DNA of 64,000 nt. Source: Eledone cirrhosa. Taxonomy: Eukaryota. The position numbers and the translations under genes are program-made. Position 1 is the first letter of the stretch, and the number at the start of each line of letters is the position of its first letter. The stretch lies in the NCBI GenBank assembly GCA_964016885.1, contig OZ024742.1:211854001-211918000 (forward strand), in the 5' to 3' direction. Below are positions 23,067-35,340 of this stretch, in pieces. The notes under the pieces are model-generated. The model was given only the letters and a program-made list of their open reading frames with translations. It searched no databases and was not told the origin of the DNA.

Positions 23067-25992
23067 TTTAGTGAATTTGGCCATAGGGTTATTTACTCCA
23101 GTAAATACCACTACATGCCAACCACTAATTTAATTTGTTTAGAAGATGTAAAAGAAATGATGATGTAGTAATTGAAACATGACGAATACTTCGGAAAAGT
23201 GTATCAGTAATAATTTGCATTTATTGAAGTAGCTTGTTACAATTTTGGTAGTGAAACGTACCTCGTGCCATGATGTGGTGTAATCCTGAGGTATAGGATA
23301 GGATTAGGAAAAGTTTAGTATCTGTGCTTGGTGTGGTCAGTTCTAGAGCCGTTGGTGAAAGAGAGGTAGATTATCCTTTGCTCCTTCTTTTATAATCTCT
23401 GAAACGGAAGTTCAAGGAGTATTCTAGAAATTCTACGGGAAGTAACTTTGGCTACTTCCCTTTGTCTAGAGAGCGCTACAAGACTCCCCTCTCAGACAAG
23501 AAGTCAAATAACCAGCCGAAGATCATTGTAGTGTGAACCCGTAAGAAATGAGGAGCAAAGCAAAGGTACAAGAAGGTGCATGAATAAAACATAAGCTCGC
23601 AACTGAAGCAAATAGCAAAAAAAAAAGCACAAAACAAGTAAATGCATTTGACAAAGAAAAAATGTAAATGTAACAAAACTGATAATTCAAAGTTAACAAA
23701 GGAGCAGAGAAAAAATTAATGCTCAATGGTAAGTTCAAAGTTTCTTTTAAAAAATAGTTCATACATCACTAGTGTGAAAACGCTGAAAAAGAGCACATCA
23801 ATCAAAAAAATGAATGAATGAATTAATTAATGCAAGAAGAAAATTATGAATGAGGCGCTAAGGGACCAGTGTTATGTATGCCGCTGTGTCAAATGACTGG
23901 CTGTTTGCTATTTATAACATGACCACCCAGGGTCTAATAGAAAACAAATAAAGTCTGACATGGGCGAAAATGTGCAAAATATTTTCAAAGTTGCTGTTCT
24001 TGCATTAATTGTTATAAAAGTTGTTGTTGGCGGTGGCGGTAAAAGTATGAAACTACCACTTCTGTTATGTTGCTGTGAAATCGCCGTTGGTGTTGTGGCA
24101 AATGTTTTACCAGCTGTTGATGATGATGCTGTTCATGTCCAACGATTCCAAGGTAGGTTGGTCAGTTGCAATGGCAACTAAATCGATATGTGCATGAGAC
24201 GCAAGAGAACACACAGAAAGTCGAGATAGTGCGTCCGCAGGTATGTTGGAAGTTCCAGCTATGTGACGAATGTCACTGGTATACTGTGAGATGAGATCCA
24301 GATGCCTATACGCTCTCGGAGAGTACTTGTCGGACTTAGATTGTAAAGCGAACGTTAACGGTTTGTGGTCCGTGAATATCGTGAACTCCCGCCCCTCCAA
24401 AAGATGGTGGAAGTGCTTCACGGCAAGATAAACCGCCAAAAGTTCTCTGTGAAAGGTGCTGTATCTCTGTTCTGCTGGTTTTAATTGGCGAGAGAAAAAT
24501 GCCAATGGTTGAACTTGGTGATCGATTACATGATGCAAAACTGCGCCAACAGCACGATCAGATGCATCAACAGATAAGGAAAGTCTCGCATTTGCAACAG
24601 GATGGGCAAGGAAGGAAACTTTAGCTAGCTCAGACTTGACGGATTTAAAAGACTGCAATGCATCGGCAGAAAGTGAAATTTTTTCATCTTTCTTTTTGCA
24701 GCCCCTAAAAAACTGTATCAAAGGGAATAACTTGTCTGCACAGTTAGGAATAAAGCGACGATAAAAGTTAATTAATCCCAAGAAATGGCGTAATTGTTTC
24801 AAGGATGTTGGTGGTGCTAATTGCTGAATCGCCTCTACTTTAGCTGGCAATCTGGAACAAGTGGTCTGGGTGAGCCAGTAGAGATATCGCAGAGAATTTT
24901 TCCTTCAGAAGATAGAAGAGGTAAATATTCCAATTTGCAGCAAGAGAACTGGTCAGAGGAAATGTCCAGCGAATCCAAAGTAGGTTGGTCAATGTTGAAG
25001 AAAAACAGTTGAGCGCAGTGATGTGAGTAAGTCCAGATAAGTTTCTTTTAAGTAGCTGACCACAGAACGAACGTGCATAAAAATGCCCAGCAAGTGACGT
25101 CAATTTACGATGCAAGGTGTCGCATTTTTTTTACTGGCATTAATAAAGTAGCTCGTGGCCGAACTATTCTTTGAGATGAATAGCAATGAGTGTGTTGGTA
25201 AAATCCACCGCGCGGGAAAATGACGAAACGAAGAAGACAAGATGGCTGCTCGAAAATGAAAGAGGAAAGGTAGCAGTCGCCATATTGGTTGTTGGTCTTC
25301 AACAAAAGCTTGGTTGGACGAGAAAGAAACGAGGTGTAATTTTCAGAAAAGGAAATATCATGTTAAAAAAATGAAAGAGTCCAATTTAATGAATAGTTCG
25401 TAGTAAGATGTAGCGAAAGTATAAACAGCCAACTTAGAAGCATTGGAACGTTGTCACCACGTGAGGTGGGAATATAAATTTTTTTTCTTTTTTTTTTTCT
25501 TCATTCTTCAGTTGGTGTTATTTTACGTTAGGGTCACCATTTTAGTAGTTGGTGTTTCATTCCGTCAGGGTCACCATTTTAGTGTAATTTGGCCATAGGG
25601 TTATTTACTCCAGTAAATACCACTACATGCCAACCACTAATTTAATTTGTTTAGAAGATGTAAAAGAAATGACGATGTAGTAATTGAAACCTGACAAATA
25701 CTTCGGAAAAGTGTATCAGTAACGATTTGCATTTATTGAAGTAGCTTGCTACAATTTTGGTAGTGAAACGTACCTCGTGCCATGGCGTGGTGTAATCCTG
25801 AGGTATAGGATAGGATTAGAAAAAGTTTAGCATCTGTGCTTGCTGTGGTCAGTTCTAGAGCCGTTGGTGAAAAAGAGGTAGATTGTCCTTTGCTCCTTCT
25901 TTTATAATCTCTGAAACGGAAGTTCAGGGAGTATTCTAGAAATTCTACGGGAAGTAACTTTGGCTACTTCCCTTTGTCTAGAGAGTGCTACA
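23067..25992 (-). mobile_element. Internally deleted Gypsy LTR retrotransposon with two LTRs (23067-23480, 25578-25992)
   Basis: Highly similar ~414-bp LTRs, 4-bp TSD ggtt, tRNA-Trp-type PBS (25563-25576), PPT aggggag at about 23484-23490. ORF 24107-24850 is RT connection + RNase H (FLGLINFYRRFIP, VDASD.AVGAVL, RELLAV, FTDHKPL, N..ADALSR). No gag, RT core or integrase recognised. Confidence 0.92.
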
Positions 25993-26016
25993 GGTTTTTA
26001 AACCCCACTATCAGGC

Positions 26017-26074
<58 letters not shown>

Positions 26075-26097
26075 ATTCTTTATTATGACTAACTGAT

Positions 26098-26466
26098 GAG
26101 TCTTGTTACTCTATATCAGACATGGGCAATCTTTTTCGAGAAGCAGGCTGCATGAGATATGGCTCATCATCAGGCAGGCCACAAGTGCTAATTTACATTC
26201 GTGCCCACATTAAAAAAAAAGGGCGGTAACTCAGGTTGTTTTGATTTGTTTCTTCAGAATTCGTACACGTTGTTTTCCTCGATCGTACAAATGATAGAAA
26301 GATACGACTGAAAAGTTGGGGTAAAAAAATCAGAAAAATTTCACTTAGGTGACTTAGGCGCGCCATTCAGAAAGCTTAGCGGGCCACATGTGGCTCACAC
26401 ATGCAGGTTGCTCATGACTGCTCTAGAGTTTCACCTGTGTACTCACAGGATCATCAGGCAAGACAG
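26098..26466 (-). ncRNA. Type I hammerhead ribozyme motif interrupted by the hAT MITE
   Basis: With the MITE and one TSD removed, the minus strand reads gucuugc-CUGAUGA-u-ccugug-agua-cacagg-u-GAAAC-ucuaga-GUA-acaagac. Confidence 0.75.
26117..26420. mobile_element. hAT MITE
   Basis: TIRs cagacatgggcaa / ttgctcatgactg; 8-bp TSD ctctatat / ctctagag (6 of 8 match). Confidence 0.7.
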
Positions 26467-26849
26467 CGTATTCATTCTCACATTCATTAACATCTTATAT
26501 TTATATAGATATGAAAAAAAGTAAACGGAAACAAGAAGGCAAACAACACAGTACAATGATGAAATATATTAGTTTAATGCTCGATATAGTAGGAAAAGAG
26601 TATTAACATTTTGGAAGAGTTAGTCTTTCGTTGGAAGATATGAAAGATAGATGAAGTAATAGAAGGATAGACAAGAGTAAGAAAAGGAAGAAACGGAAAT
26701 ATATATGTGTGTATGTATATGTGTGTAAGTATATGTGTGTGTATTTTAATTTCTATGAGAAAGCAGTGAAGTCAGGTTATTTTGTGAATTAAGAAGAACA
26801 ATAATAATATTTGAACTATTTTACTTCAACTATATATTATACTTAATGA

Positions 26850-27235
26850 CCGAAAGAATATGATCGTGAATGCAAGCAGCCGAAATAGGGTTCCTCTGAA
26901 GGGTCTTTGGAGTCACGTTACTTGATAGAGTGCATAGCCTCGAAATCAGTGAGTCATTCCAGGTAGAGCCACTACTTCTCTGAATTGAGAGATCACAGCT
27001 CCAATATTATTGACATGTGGTTAGAATGTCTTAGAAAAGAATTGCTAGATAGATTTTACAGGCAAAAACCAACAGGTAGGAGACCCAGGGGTAGATCCTG
27101 AGCTTGGCTGGTCATGCTTGGGGATCCAGCTGGATCAGTTGGAGATAGTTACTTCTGACAGGACTCGCTGGAGGGAGTATTTGAGGACTCTGCCCCCACG
27201 ACCCTCTCAGGAATATGTGGGCGAAGAAGAAGCAT
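26850..27235 (+). mobile_element. RTE-like LINE 3' fragment with (GAA)n tail
   Basis: EPLLL.IERSQL.....V.RM and PTGRRPRGR-like remnants. A further copy lies at about 28385-28850, partly inverted. Confidence 0.65.
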
Positions 27236-28885
27236 ATTATACTGATAGAACGCAGTTAAATACAGTGATACTCAGTGGCATAGTACATGTTTGAAGAGAA
27301 CTGGTGTTTTTGTTAGTAATATTCTTCATACTTCAATGTAAATTAAGACCAGGCATACCTAATAAACCATATAAGTTTTATTTCAATGGACCAAATATTC
27401 TATTTTCACATCAGATTGTTAAGATATCCTGTATCTATGAAAAAACAATTGGAAAAAAAATAGCTAAGGAAACTTAATGGTAATGTGAGATCTAACATAT
27501 TTGTTATAGTAATGGTGATCTACACAATAAATGCACCCAGTACACTCTGTAAAGTGGTTCATGGTAGCAAGGGCAGCCAGCTGTAGAAACCTTGCCATGA
27601 GAGTACCCTTCAGCTGTGTCAAAGACATAATAATCTTCCTAGTACTGGTGTCATGATAAAATGTAGTCAATAGAGTGCAGGACCATATATAAGCAAGATA
27701 AATGACCCCAGCCTGTCTGAGAGGTTAGTAACTTCATTTGAATACTGACTCAGTTTGTGAAGACTTCCCAACCCTTGCTAGCAGAGAAAAATGCACGTGA
27801 AATGTTAACCCTTAGTTATGAGAACAATAATTTTCTGACTAGTTTAAAAATTTCTTTGGGTGCTGTTATTTAAAATTAATTAGGTATGGAAGAGTGAGTT
27901 GATTCTTTAGCAGTATAGTGTTAACTGAAGACATGTTTTAGTCTTATTGGACCTCCTCAGGAAAGCATAGTCCAACCATTCTTGCTGATCTTAGAATGAC
28001 TAGATAGATATATACAGGATTTTTGTGAATAAATACAGAATGGCATTACAAATTAAAAGAATTACTGATGTGAAGCATGTTGATATCTATTACCCAGTCT
28101 GTTGTATATTTAATTCTTTAAGAACTAGAAGCTTTACTTAACACCCTAGACTAACCTTATAATGAAAATGCTTTTCTCAATATTAGTCTTTGTTTTAACT
28201 CTTTTAATATCAACATAATTTTATATAAGAACTATATGTTTTACTGTCTTAGTAATGAAATAATTTATAATTCCAATAAATCCCTCAAAACTTGTAATTA
28301 ATTGAAATAGAATGTATTTCATTAGGAATATGGTCATTAGAATGATATACATTTCTTTTTCATTTGTAACTTTTTTAACTATCTAACCATCTTGCCCGGG
28401 GTTTACCTCCTGCCAGTTGGTTGTGCCCGTAAAATCTGTCCAGTGATTCTTTCTTGAGATTCTAACCACATACTCATATTATTGGAGCTGTGGTCTCTCA
28501 ATTCAGAGAAGTAGTGGTTCTGCCTAGAGTGACTTCCTGATCTCTGAGCTACACACTTTATCAAGTAACGTTACTCCAAAGACCCTTCAGAGGAACCCCA
28601 TTTCCAATGCTTGTATTCATAATCATATTCCTTCAGTCATTACCCAAGATTCATGACCATAGTTGGCACGAAAACTGAATGACCAAATGCTGAAACTAGT
28701 GCATTACTGCACCAGCTCCTGCAATTCTTGCACTTAATTCAGCCTCCTGCCTTCTATCACTCAGGTAGTCTCATTTGGGGACCTAGCCAGAGCAATTGGA
28801 GACTGTTGCTTCTGACAGGACCACTCCCAGGAATAAGTGGACAAAGAAGAACTTTTTAACTAACGTAATTCTTATATTTTCTTAG

Positions 28886-28954
28886 TTTAACCTGAACAGT
28901 CGGGAATATGCTGCTGAATGTGACGCTACATATGTTGTTAAAACAATTGATAAG
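28886..28954 (+). CDS. Ankyrin-repeat protein exon (FNLNSREYAAECDATYVVKTIDK)
   Basis: ttcttag acceptor, gtattc donor, 69 bp, phase 0. Confidence 0.8.
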
Positions 28955-30210
28955 GTATTCTGCTTTTTCTTTTTTTAATATTTTTTCCTTTCTGAAAACA
29001 AATGAATTATTATATTTCTTTCTATTCATTTTCTTGTGACTATTTCCTTCTAGTTGATAACAATATAGGAAGATATTAACTTCCTTATCTCAGTATCTTA
29101 TAGTAAGTGTTACTGAAAATGGATAGAAATCCTGAAATATGTATATAATACTCATACACAGCTACTGAAGTTGCTGTAATAGAATCTGTGTTAGTGACAT
29201 CACAAGCTTGCTCTATACAAAAATAGATTTTATACAAAACCTATATAGGAAGATTTTAACCTCCATATCTCATGTCTTATTGGAAGTAAGTATTACTAAA
29301 GTTAGATGAAAATGCTGAAATATGTTTATAGTCCTCTTACATGGATATTGACAGAGCTGTAATATGGTTTACAACTTGAAATATTCACAGTTAGACTATG
29401 TATATGTTTATTATGCGTAAACATATTGTATATAAATCCATATACACACTGGGCTCATATATACCCTTTCTTTCTTCAGTCATGTCAAGGACATGACAAC
29501 TTCTCTTGTGGTTGTGAAATACAAAATAAACACAAAGAGTGTTTACTATGTAAAGGGGCTAATGATTGGAAGGGCATCCAGCAGAATAGTTGGGCGGACT
29601 CTTCAGCTGTGTTATAGACATAACAACTTCGCTTGTGCTGGTGCCACAATAAAATGCAAGATGCAAGTCCCTGGCTGATCTGTGAAGTCGGTAGCTCTAT
29701 TTGAGTACTGACGCATGACTGCTTGCTAACTGGACAAACAGACGTTAAATAAGGGGGGGGGGGGGGGGGGTATTGTATATATATATATAAACATACAGTG
29801 TATCCCTACTTGTTGTAAGAGGTCACTAAAAGGGTTGGCATCAGGAAGTGCATCCTGCAATGGGCCCAATTAAAACGTTTGTGTGTGTGCACGCGTGCAC
29901 ACACACATATATATATATATATATGAGTGTGTATGTAATGAAGTTAATGGGAGTGATTCTTTCTCTGTCTCCTCCTGAAGAGATAGGCAGTGCTCTGACC
30001 TCCAGTGATGTGCCCCCCCCCCTCCCCCCCGGATTAAAATATCCAAGACTGTGTCAGGACAATATTCCTATTACTCCATCAGGAGTTATAGACCCTTTAC
30101 CTTACCTTTCATATAATAAGCATCTGAATGTGTGTATGTAATACCTAGTAATAGTACTAATTTTTACCCAGTTTGTGATATTCAGCCAACCCTATTTTTT
30201 ATTTTGTCAG

Positions 30211-30303
30211 GTTGTGTTTCGGTGGTGTTTTGAAAGTAAAAATGATGCCAATTTCAAACTGTTAGCATTACATGACTACCGCTACTTTGTAATGCCATTA
30301 GAG
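30211..30303 (+). CDS. Ankyrin-repeat protein exon (VVFRWCFESKNDANFKLLALHDYRYFVMPLE)
   Basis: ttgtcag acceptor, gtaggt donor, 93 bp, phase 0. Confidence 0.8.
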
Positions 30304-31078
30304 GTAGGTTTTTAAATTACTACTTTATATTTCAGTTAAATGAAAGCAGGATAGATTACAAACTGTTTTTACCCACCCACACTCTGCAATCATTGGTCTT
30401 ACCATGATTTATACCCCTACTATATCTAGTCCATTCTTATGTGTGTACAGCAATGATTGGAAGGATTGAAGCTCTATACTTTATTTCAATCTTATAAAAC
30501 ATTGTGTCTGTGTTCTTCAAAGTATTTATTTACAGATGGAGTTTCTGGACTACTAAAAGTTTGCCAAGGATACAACATAATGCTAATGATGAGATGAGAT
30601 CATATGATTAGTCATCTAGTATATTACTTTATTACTCAGCTGTCACCTATCAAAGTCTTATGTTAACCTTAGTGGAATCGAGTAATTGGAAAGTGTGTGG
30701 AAGCTGTTGGAATGTAACTGTGCTAGACTTAATCTGTTGCCTGGTTTAACACCACCACTTGATCCTTAGATTCTTTTAGCAGAATCTCTTCTGTTGGAAA
30801 CCTTTGAACAGGGTCCCCAGTCTAAGAATAACATACCTTTTTTCACATTAGTTTGGGATCTTTGCAAAAGATTCATTTCTCCTTTGGATAAGCCATAAAA
30901 ACAATTCTTTTATTCAATTTAAAAATTCTGTATCAAAATAGAAAATTTGTCACAAATTGAACAAAAATAATCATGTTGCTGTTAGTATTTTTTCATATTT
31001 ATGTTTTTGGTGTTTGTATAATTTACTAAATTCAGCAGTTTGAAAAATCTACTTGAATATTCATGTCATTTCTTCCAG

Positions 31079-31174
31079 AACAGTCCATCGGAAAAAAATG
31101 AAGATTCAGCCAGGTTTTCTCCGAAGCCCCCTCCTCGAAATACTGCAGTCTTTAAAAATCATAGCAAATACCAG
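31079..31174 (+). CDS. Ankyrin-repeat protein exon (NSPSEKNEDSARFSPKPPPRNTAVFKNHSKYQ)
   Basis: cttccag acceptor, gtaagg donor, 96 bp, phase 0; Pro-rich linker. Confidence 0.8.
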
Positions 31175-31512
31175 GTAAGGTTTATTATTACTGACTTACA
31201 TTAAATATCTTTCAACTCTTAAGGGTGACAAAATTAGTACAAGTAAACTTCTGGATCAATTTAAAATCATCAATAATACATCTTCAAATTTTGTCTTGTG
31301 CTTCACTGTTATATATAGATATATATTATCATCATCACTATCATTTAACATTTTTTTTTCCACACTTGCATGGGTTAGATGGGTTGTCACACCATGACAC
31401 AAGACAGGTCAGGAGACCATGTCTTGCTCATATGGATCTGTATTTTGGGTTAGTTTCTACAGCTGGATGACCTTTCTAATGCTAACCATATATATATATA
31501 AATATATATATA

Positions 31513-32123
31513 TATAAAGAATTAGTATATCTACTAACATATATATACAGATGCATACCTATGCCAGCAAATATATAGGTTTTGTCTTAGTAACTTTGTG
31601 GTTCAATGCAAGGGGATGCAGAACAATAATATGAAAGACGTAAAATAAGAAAATTGTAAGAATTAACTTACTTACTAAAATTTCACTCCAACTAATTAGT
31701 TTCTGAAAGGGAATAAACATGGTTTCCGAAGAAACGCACGGAGAAATCCTTTCGTCATCGGGGAAGTCTATTCTCAGTTAAGTTCCCAGGCAATGCGTGG
31801 ACACAGGGAACTTATACAAAAATAATTCAGTGGATGGAAAAAAGCAAAGCGTGGACTAAGTTCCAAGACATTGAAAAAATCACTGCCTACTCGGTCGGTG
31901 GCAAATTCAAAAGAATCAATCACGTGACATCGAGGTTAATCAGTGAGGAGTGGTTTGTTAAGAAGACAGCAGCCGAACCATTACTATGAACTACAGCAGC
32001 AGTTTTGGCAAATTTTTGCTCAACAAAATAATTTGGAGATAATTATAAAGAATTAGTATATCTACTAACATATATATACAGATGCATACCTATGCCAGCA
32101 AATATATAGGTTTTGTCTTAGTA
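31513..32123 (-). mobile_element. Non-coding 531-bp unit with ~80-bp direct repeats and a hammerhead-like motif (PLE pseudo-LTR / retrozyme-like)
   Basis: Direct repeats 31513-31592 and 32044-32123 with (TA)n on both sides; minus strand acuucc-CCGAUGA-c-gaaagg...ccuuuc-a-GAAAC-uaauua-GUU-ggagu at 31767-31685. Confidence 0.7.
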
Positions 32124-32134
32124 TATATATATAT

Positions 32135-32721
32135 GGTGGCTGCCAACTCGTTTTCGAGTATGGCCACTACTTTATATCCATGTAGGAGAACCCCTACCGA
32201 TGCGCTGAACAAGTGTGATTTTTTAGTCCAGCCAGCGACTTGAAAACTCTGGTACAAACCCTACACCTGTGACAATTATTGACACATAGTGCTGGGCCCA
32301 TGGTACCATGTGACGACAAGTGCAGAGAGATCTCCAGATATAAAGCAATGCCTGTGCCGTGAAGCTTTTATAGTGAGCAAAGGCACTGCACAAAGCCAGT
32401 CCCACTCTCTTAACCAAGATGATATTTACCAAAAAGAAGAACAAGTCAACATCATTGGATACCACCAGAGTTTTCCTTCTCCTAGAATTCTGCCTTGACA
32501 AAGGCTAAGGGGTCATCTCTCCCGGTGATTTTGGATGGTCATTGACTCTTAAGAGCTCCTTTGCCCTTTGACAGGTTTTGTTTTTAGTCCTGCAGGATGT
32601 CCAAAGTCACCCTCCTCACCAAGAAACCTTGGTGGGGTTGCCAGTTTAGTCGCCAACGACCCGACCATGGGACAGGTTGTACTGGGATACATGTTACCAG
32701 TAGCACCAAGTGGTGACCTGA

Positions 32722-32722
<1 letters not shown>
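32135..32722 (-). mobile_element. Non-coding repeat resembling an RTE 5' UTR-derived element
   Basis: Homologous to 40690-41000(+) (ctaggagaagg.aactc...gatgttga...agagagtggg...ggccatactcga); flanked by microsatellites. Confidence 0.55.
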
Positions 32723-32769
<47 letters not shown>

Positions 32770-33360
32770 CACAATATAAATAATAATTAAATTTTGTTTA
32801 AAGCATTTAATGGCTTACAATCATTTCATCCAGATATATCTCAACCAAGTCCAGCTTGAGGTACTATTTTGAAAATGTCAAGCAACAAGTGCATTAACTA
32901 CATATAATCAATCAAATCGAATTGGTACTCCAACTGTTTTCATAACCTTAAAGAAAAAAATCTTAAACTCCATATTTTTGGATTATATGTTTTTTGACTG
33001 TATCTGTTTGAACTTTACAATTCTATACTCAATGCTTCTATGCTTTGTACCTATGGGCAATATACTCTACTGCATGGACATTATGACTAACATTATAAAG
33101 CTGTTTGCCTAAAATCAATATATCCTTTGATATTTATAATTTTTAATACCTACATGTATGTTCTTACTACACCATTTTCTCACATATTGCATGTACTCTA
33201 CTGTTATTAATATTTTCGATATAATATTCTTGCTATAATATTTTTGTTATTTTTTGCTATAAGTAATAACCATATCCTTATATATAACATATACCTCCTA
33301 ATATTTATATTATAGCATTATTCATTATAATATTTCATTATTATTTTGATATCTGTTCAA

Positions 33361-33548
33361 GTGCGGTGGATTGGCAGTATTGGTAGAGGGTCGGACGCCA
33401 TGCTTTGACGCATAGAGTTACGGCCCTTGCTATTCTGAGTTCAAATCCCGCCGAGGTTAATTTTGCCTTTCATCCTTACGGGGTCGATAAAATAAAGTAC
33501 CAGTAATACACTGGGTAATTTGCTGGCCTTGTGCCTAACGTAGAAACA
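33361..33548 (+). mobile_element. Young tRNA-derived SINE with a 24-bp TSD
   Basis: attattattttgatatctgttcaa at 33337-33360 and 33549-33572. Confidence 0.9.
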
Positions 33549-33687
33549 ATTATTATTTTGATATCTGTTCAATTTTCTTTTGCTCTTGCTCTTTAATATA
33601 TTAGATTAACACTTATAATTAGTCTTCTCACATATAATGTATCCTGTTAAATGTTCTAATGATTAGGAATATATTTGTTTTAACATT

Positions 33688-35340
33688 TTATGGACCAGTT
33701 CATGAAAGTAATGGAAAGAGTTATAGCACAGCTGATTAGGGACCGGGTAAAACTAGATGAGATGCAATTTGGGTTTGTGCCAGGAAAAGACACCACTGAT
33801 GCCCTCTTCCTTGTGAGGCAGTTACAGGAAAAGTACCTAGCTAAAAGTAAGCTGCTCTACCTGGCATTCGTCGATCTCGAGAAAGCCTTTGACAGAGTCC
33901 CCCGTGCTATAATCTGGTGGGCTCTTAGAAAACTAGGAGTAGAGGAATGGCTTGTGAAAGGTGTACAAGCCATGTATAGGGGAGCAGTCAGCAAAGTTAG
34001 GATTAGCAATGACTAAAGCGAGGAATTTAGCATACAGATCGGTGTCCACCAGGGCTCTGTTCTTAGCCCTCTCCTGTTCATCATAGTTTTGCAGGCAATA
34101 ACGGAGGAGTTTAAGACCGGATGCCCATGGGAACTCCTGTATGCAGATGACCTCGCACATATAGCTGCATCTATGGTAGAACTAGAGAAGAAATTCCAAA
34201 CATGGAAGCAGGGACTAGAAAGAAAGGGTCTCAAAGTCAACCTGACAAAGACTAAGGTCCTTGTAAGTAGATGAGAAAACAGAACTCAGATCCCCTCTGG
34301 GAAATGGCCTTGCTCAGTATGTAGGAAAGGTGTAGGTAGGAACTCCATCCTCTGCTCCAAATGCAAACAATGGGTACACAAGATGTAGTGGGATCTCAGG
34401 AAGCTTAATTAAGAATGTAGGCTTCACGTGTAGCAGCTGTGCTGGGACAGCAAGCAGCAAACAACAACAGGAAACACGCACCACCAAACTCTGGAAGGGC
34501 TAACAGTAGACAGCTTCTGCTACCTAGGTGACCAAATTAGCAGCGGAGGTGGGTGTTCGGAAAGTACAATAACTAGAGTAAGAACAGGATGGAAGAAGTT
34601 CAGGGAGCTACTGCCACTGCTAGCTGCAAAAGGCTTTTCCCTCAAAATGAAAGGCAGACTATGATGCGTGTATACAAACAGCAATGTTACATGGTAGTGA
34701 GACCTGGGCGCTGTCTGTGGAAGACTTGCATAGATTAGAAAGAAATGAAGCCTGCATGCTCCGATGGATGTGTAATAGTAATATACGCGAACGGCAAAGC
34801 ATAAATGAATTGAGAGAGAGACTGAGCATAAGAGGAATCAAATGCTGTGTGCAAGAGAGGTGGTTGCGTTGGTATGGACATGTGATGCGTATGAAGGATG
34901 ACAGCTGCATAAAAAGGTGCAGAGCAGTAGAATTCAATGGAAACCGCGGAGTGGGGAGACCCAAGAAGATCTGGGATGAGGTGATAAAAGCCGACCTTAC
35001 CCAATTACACCTCTCAAAGGCAATGACACATGACCGTGACCTCTGGCGTCACGCAGTAATACAGGAGACCCAACTTCCTACGGGTACAAGCTGAAGCTGA
35101 AGCATATAGACAATATGCCCCCACCCTCTCCCACTGCAAAGTGGTCGTGGAGGTGCCACGGCAAAAAAAGCACCCAGCCCACACTGTAAAGTAGGCACCA
35201 CGGAAAAAAAGCACCCAGCACTCACTGTAAATGAGGTTGGTGTTAGGAAGATCAGCCAACCGGACACTGCCCACAACAGGACAACCCGTCTAACCCATGC
35301 TAGCGTGGAAGAATGAACGTAAAACGGTGATGATGATGAT
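33688..35340 (+). mobile_element. 5'-truncated RTE (BovB-like) LINE
   Basis: MQFGFVPGK.TTDA.F.VRQLQEK..FVDLEKAFDRVPR, GVHQGSVLSPLLF, LLYADDL and C-terminal GRPKKIW; contains stops; (GAT)n tail. Confidence 0.92.
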
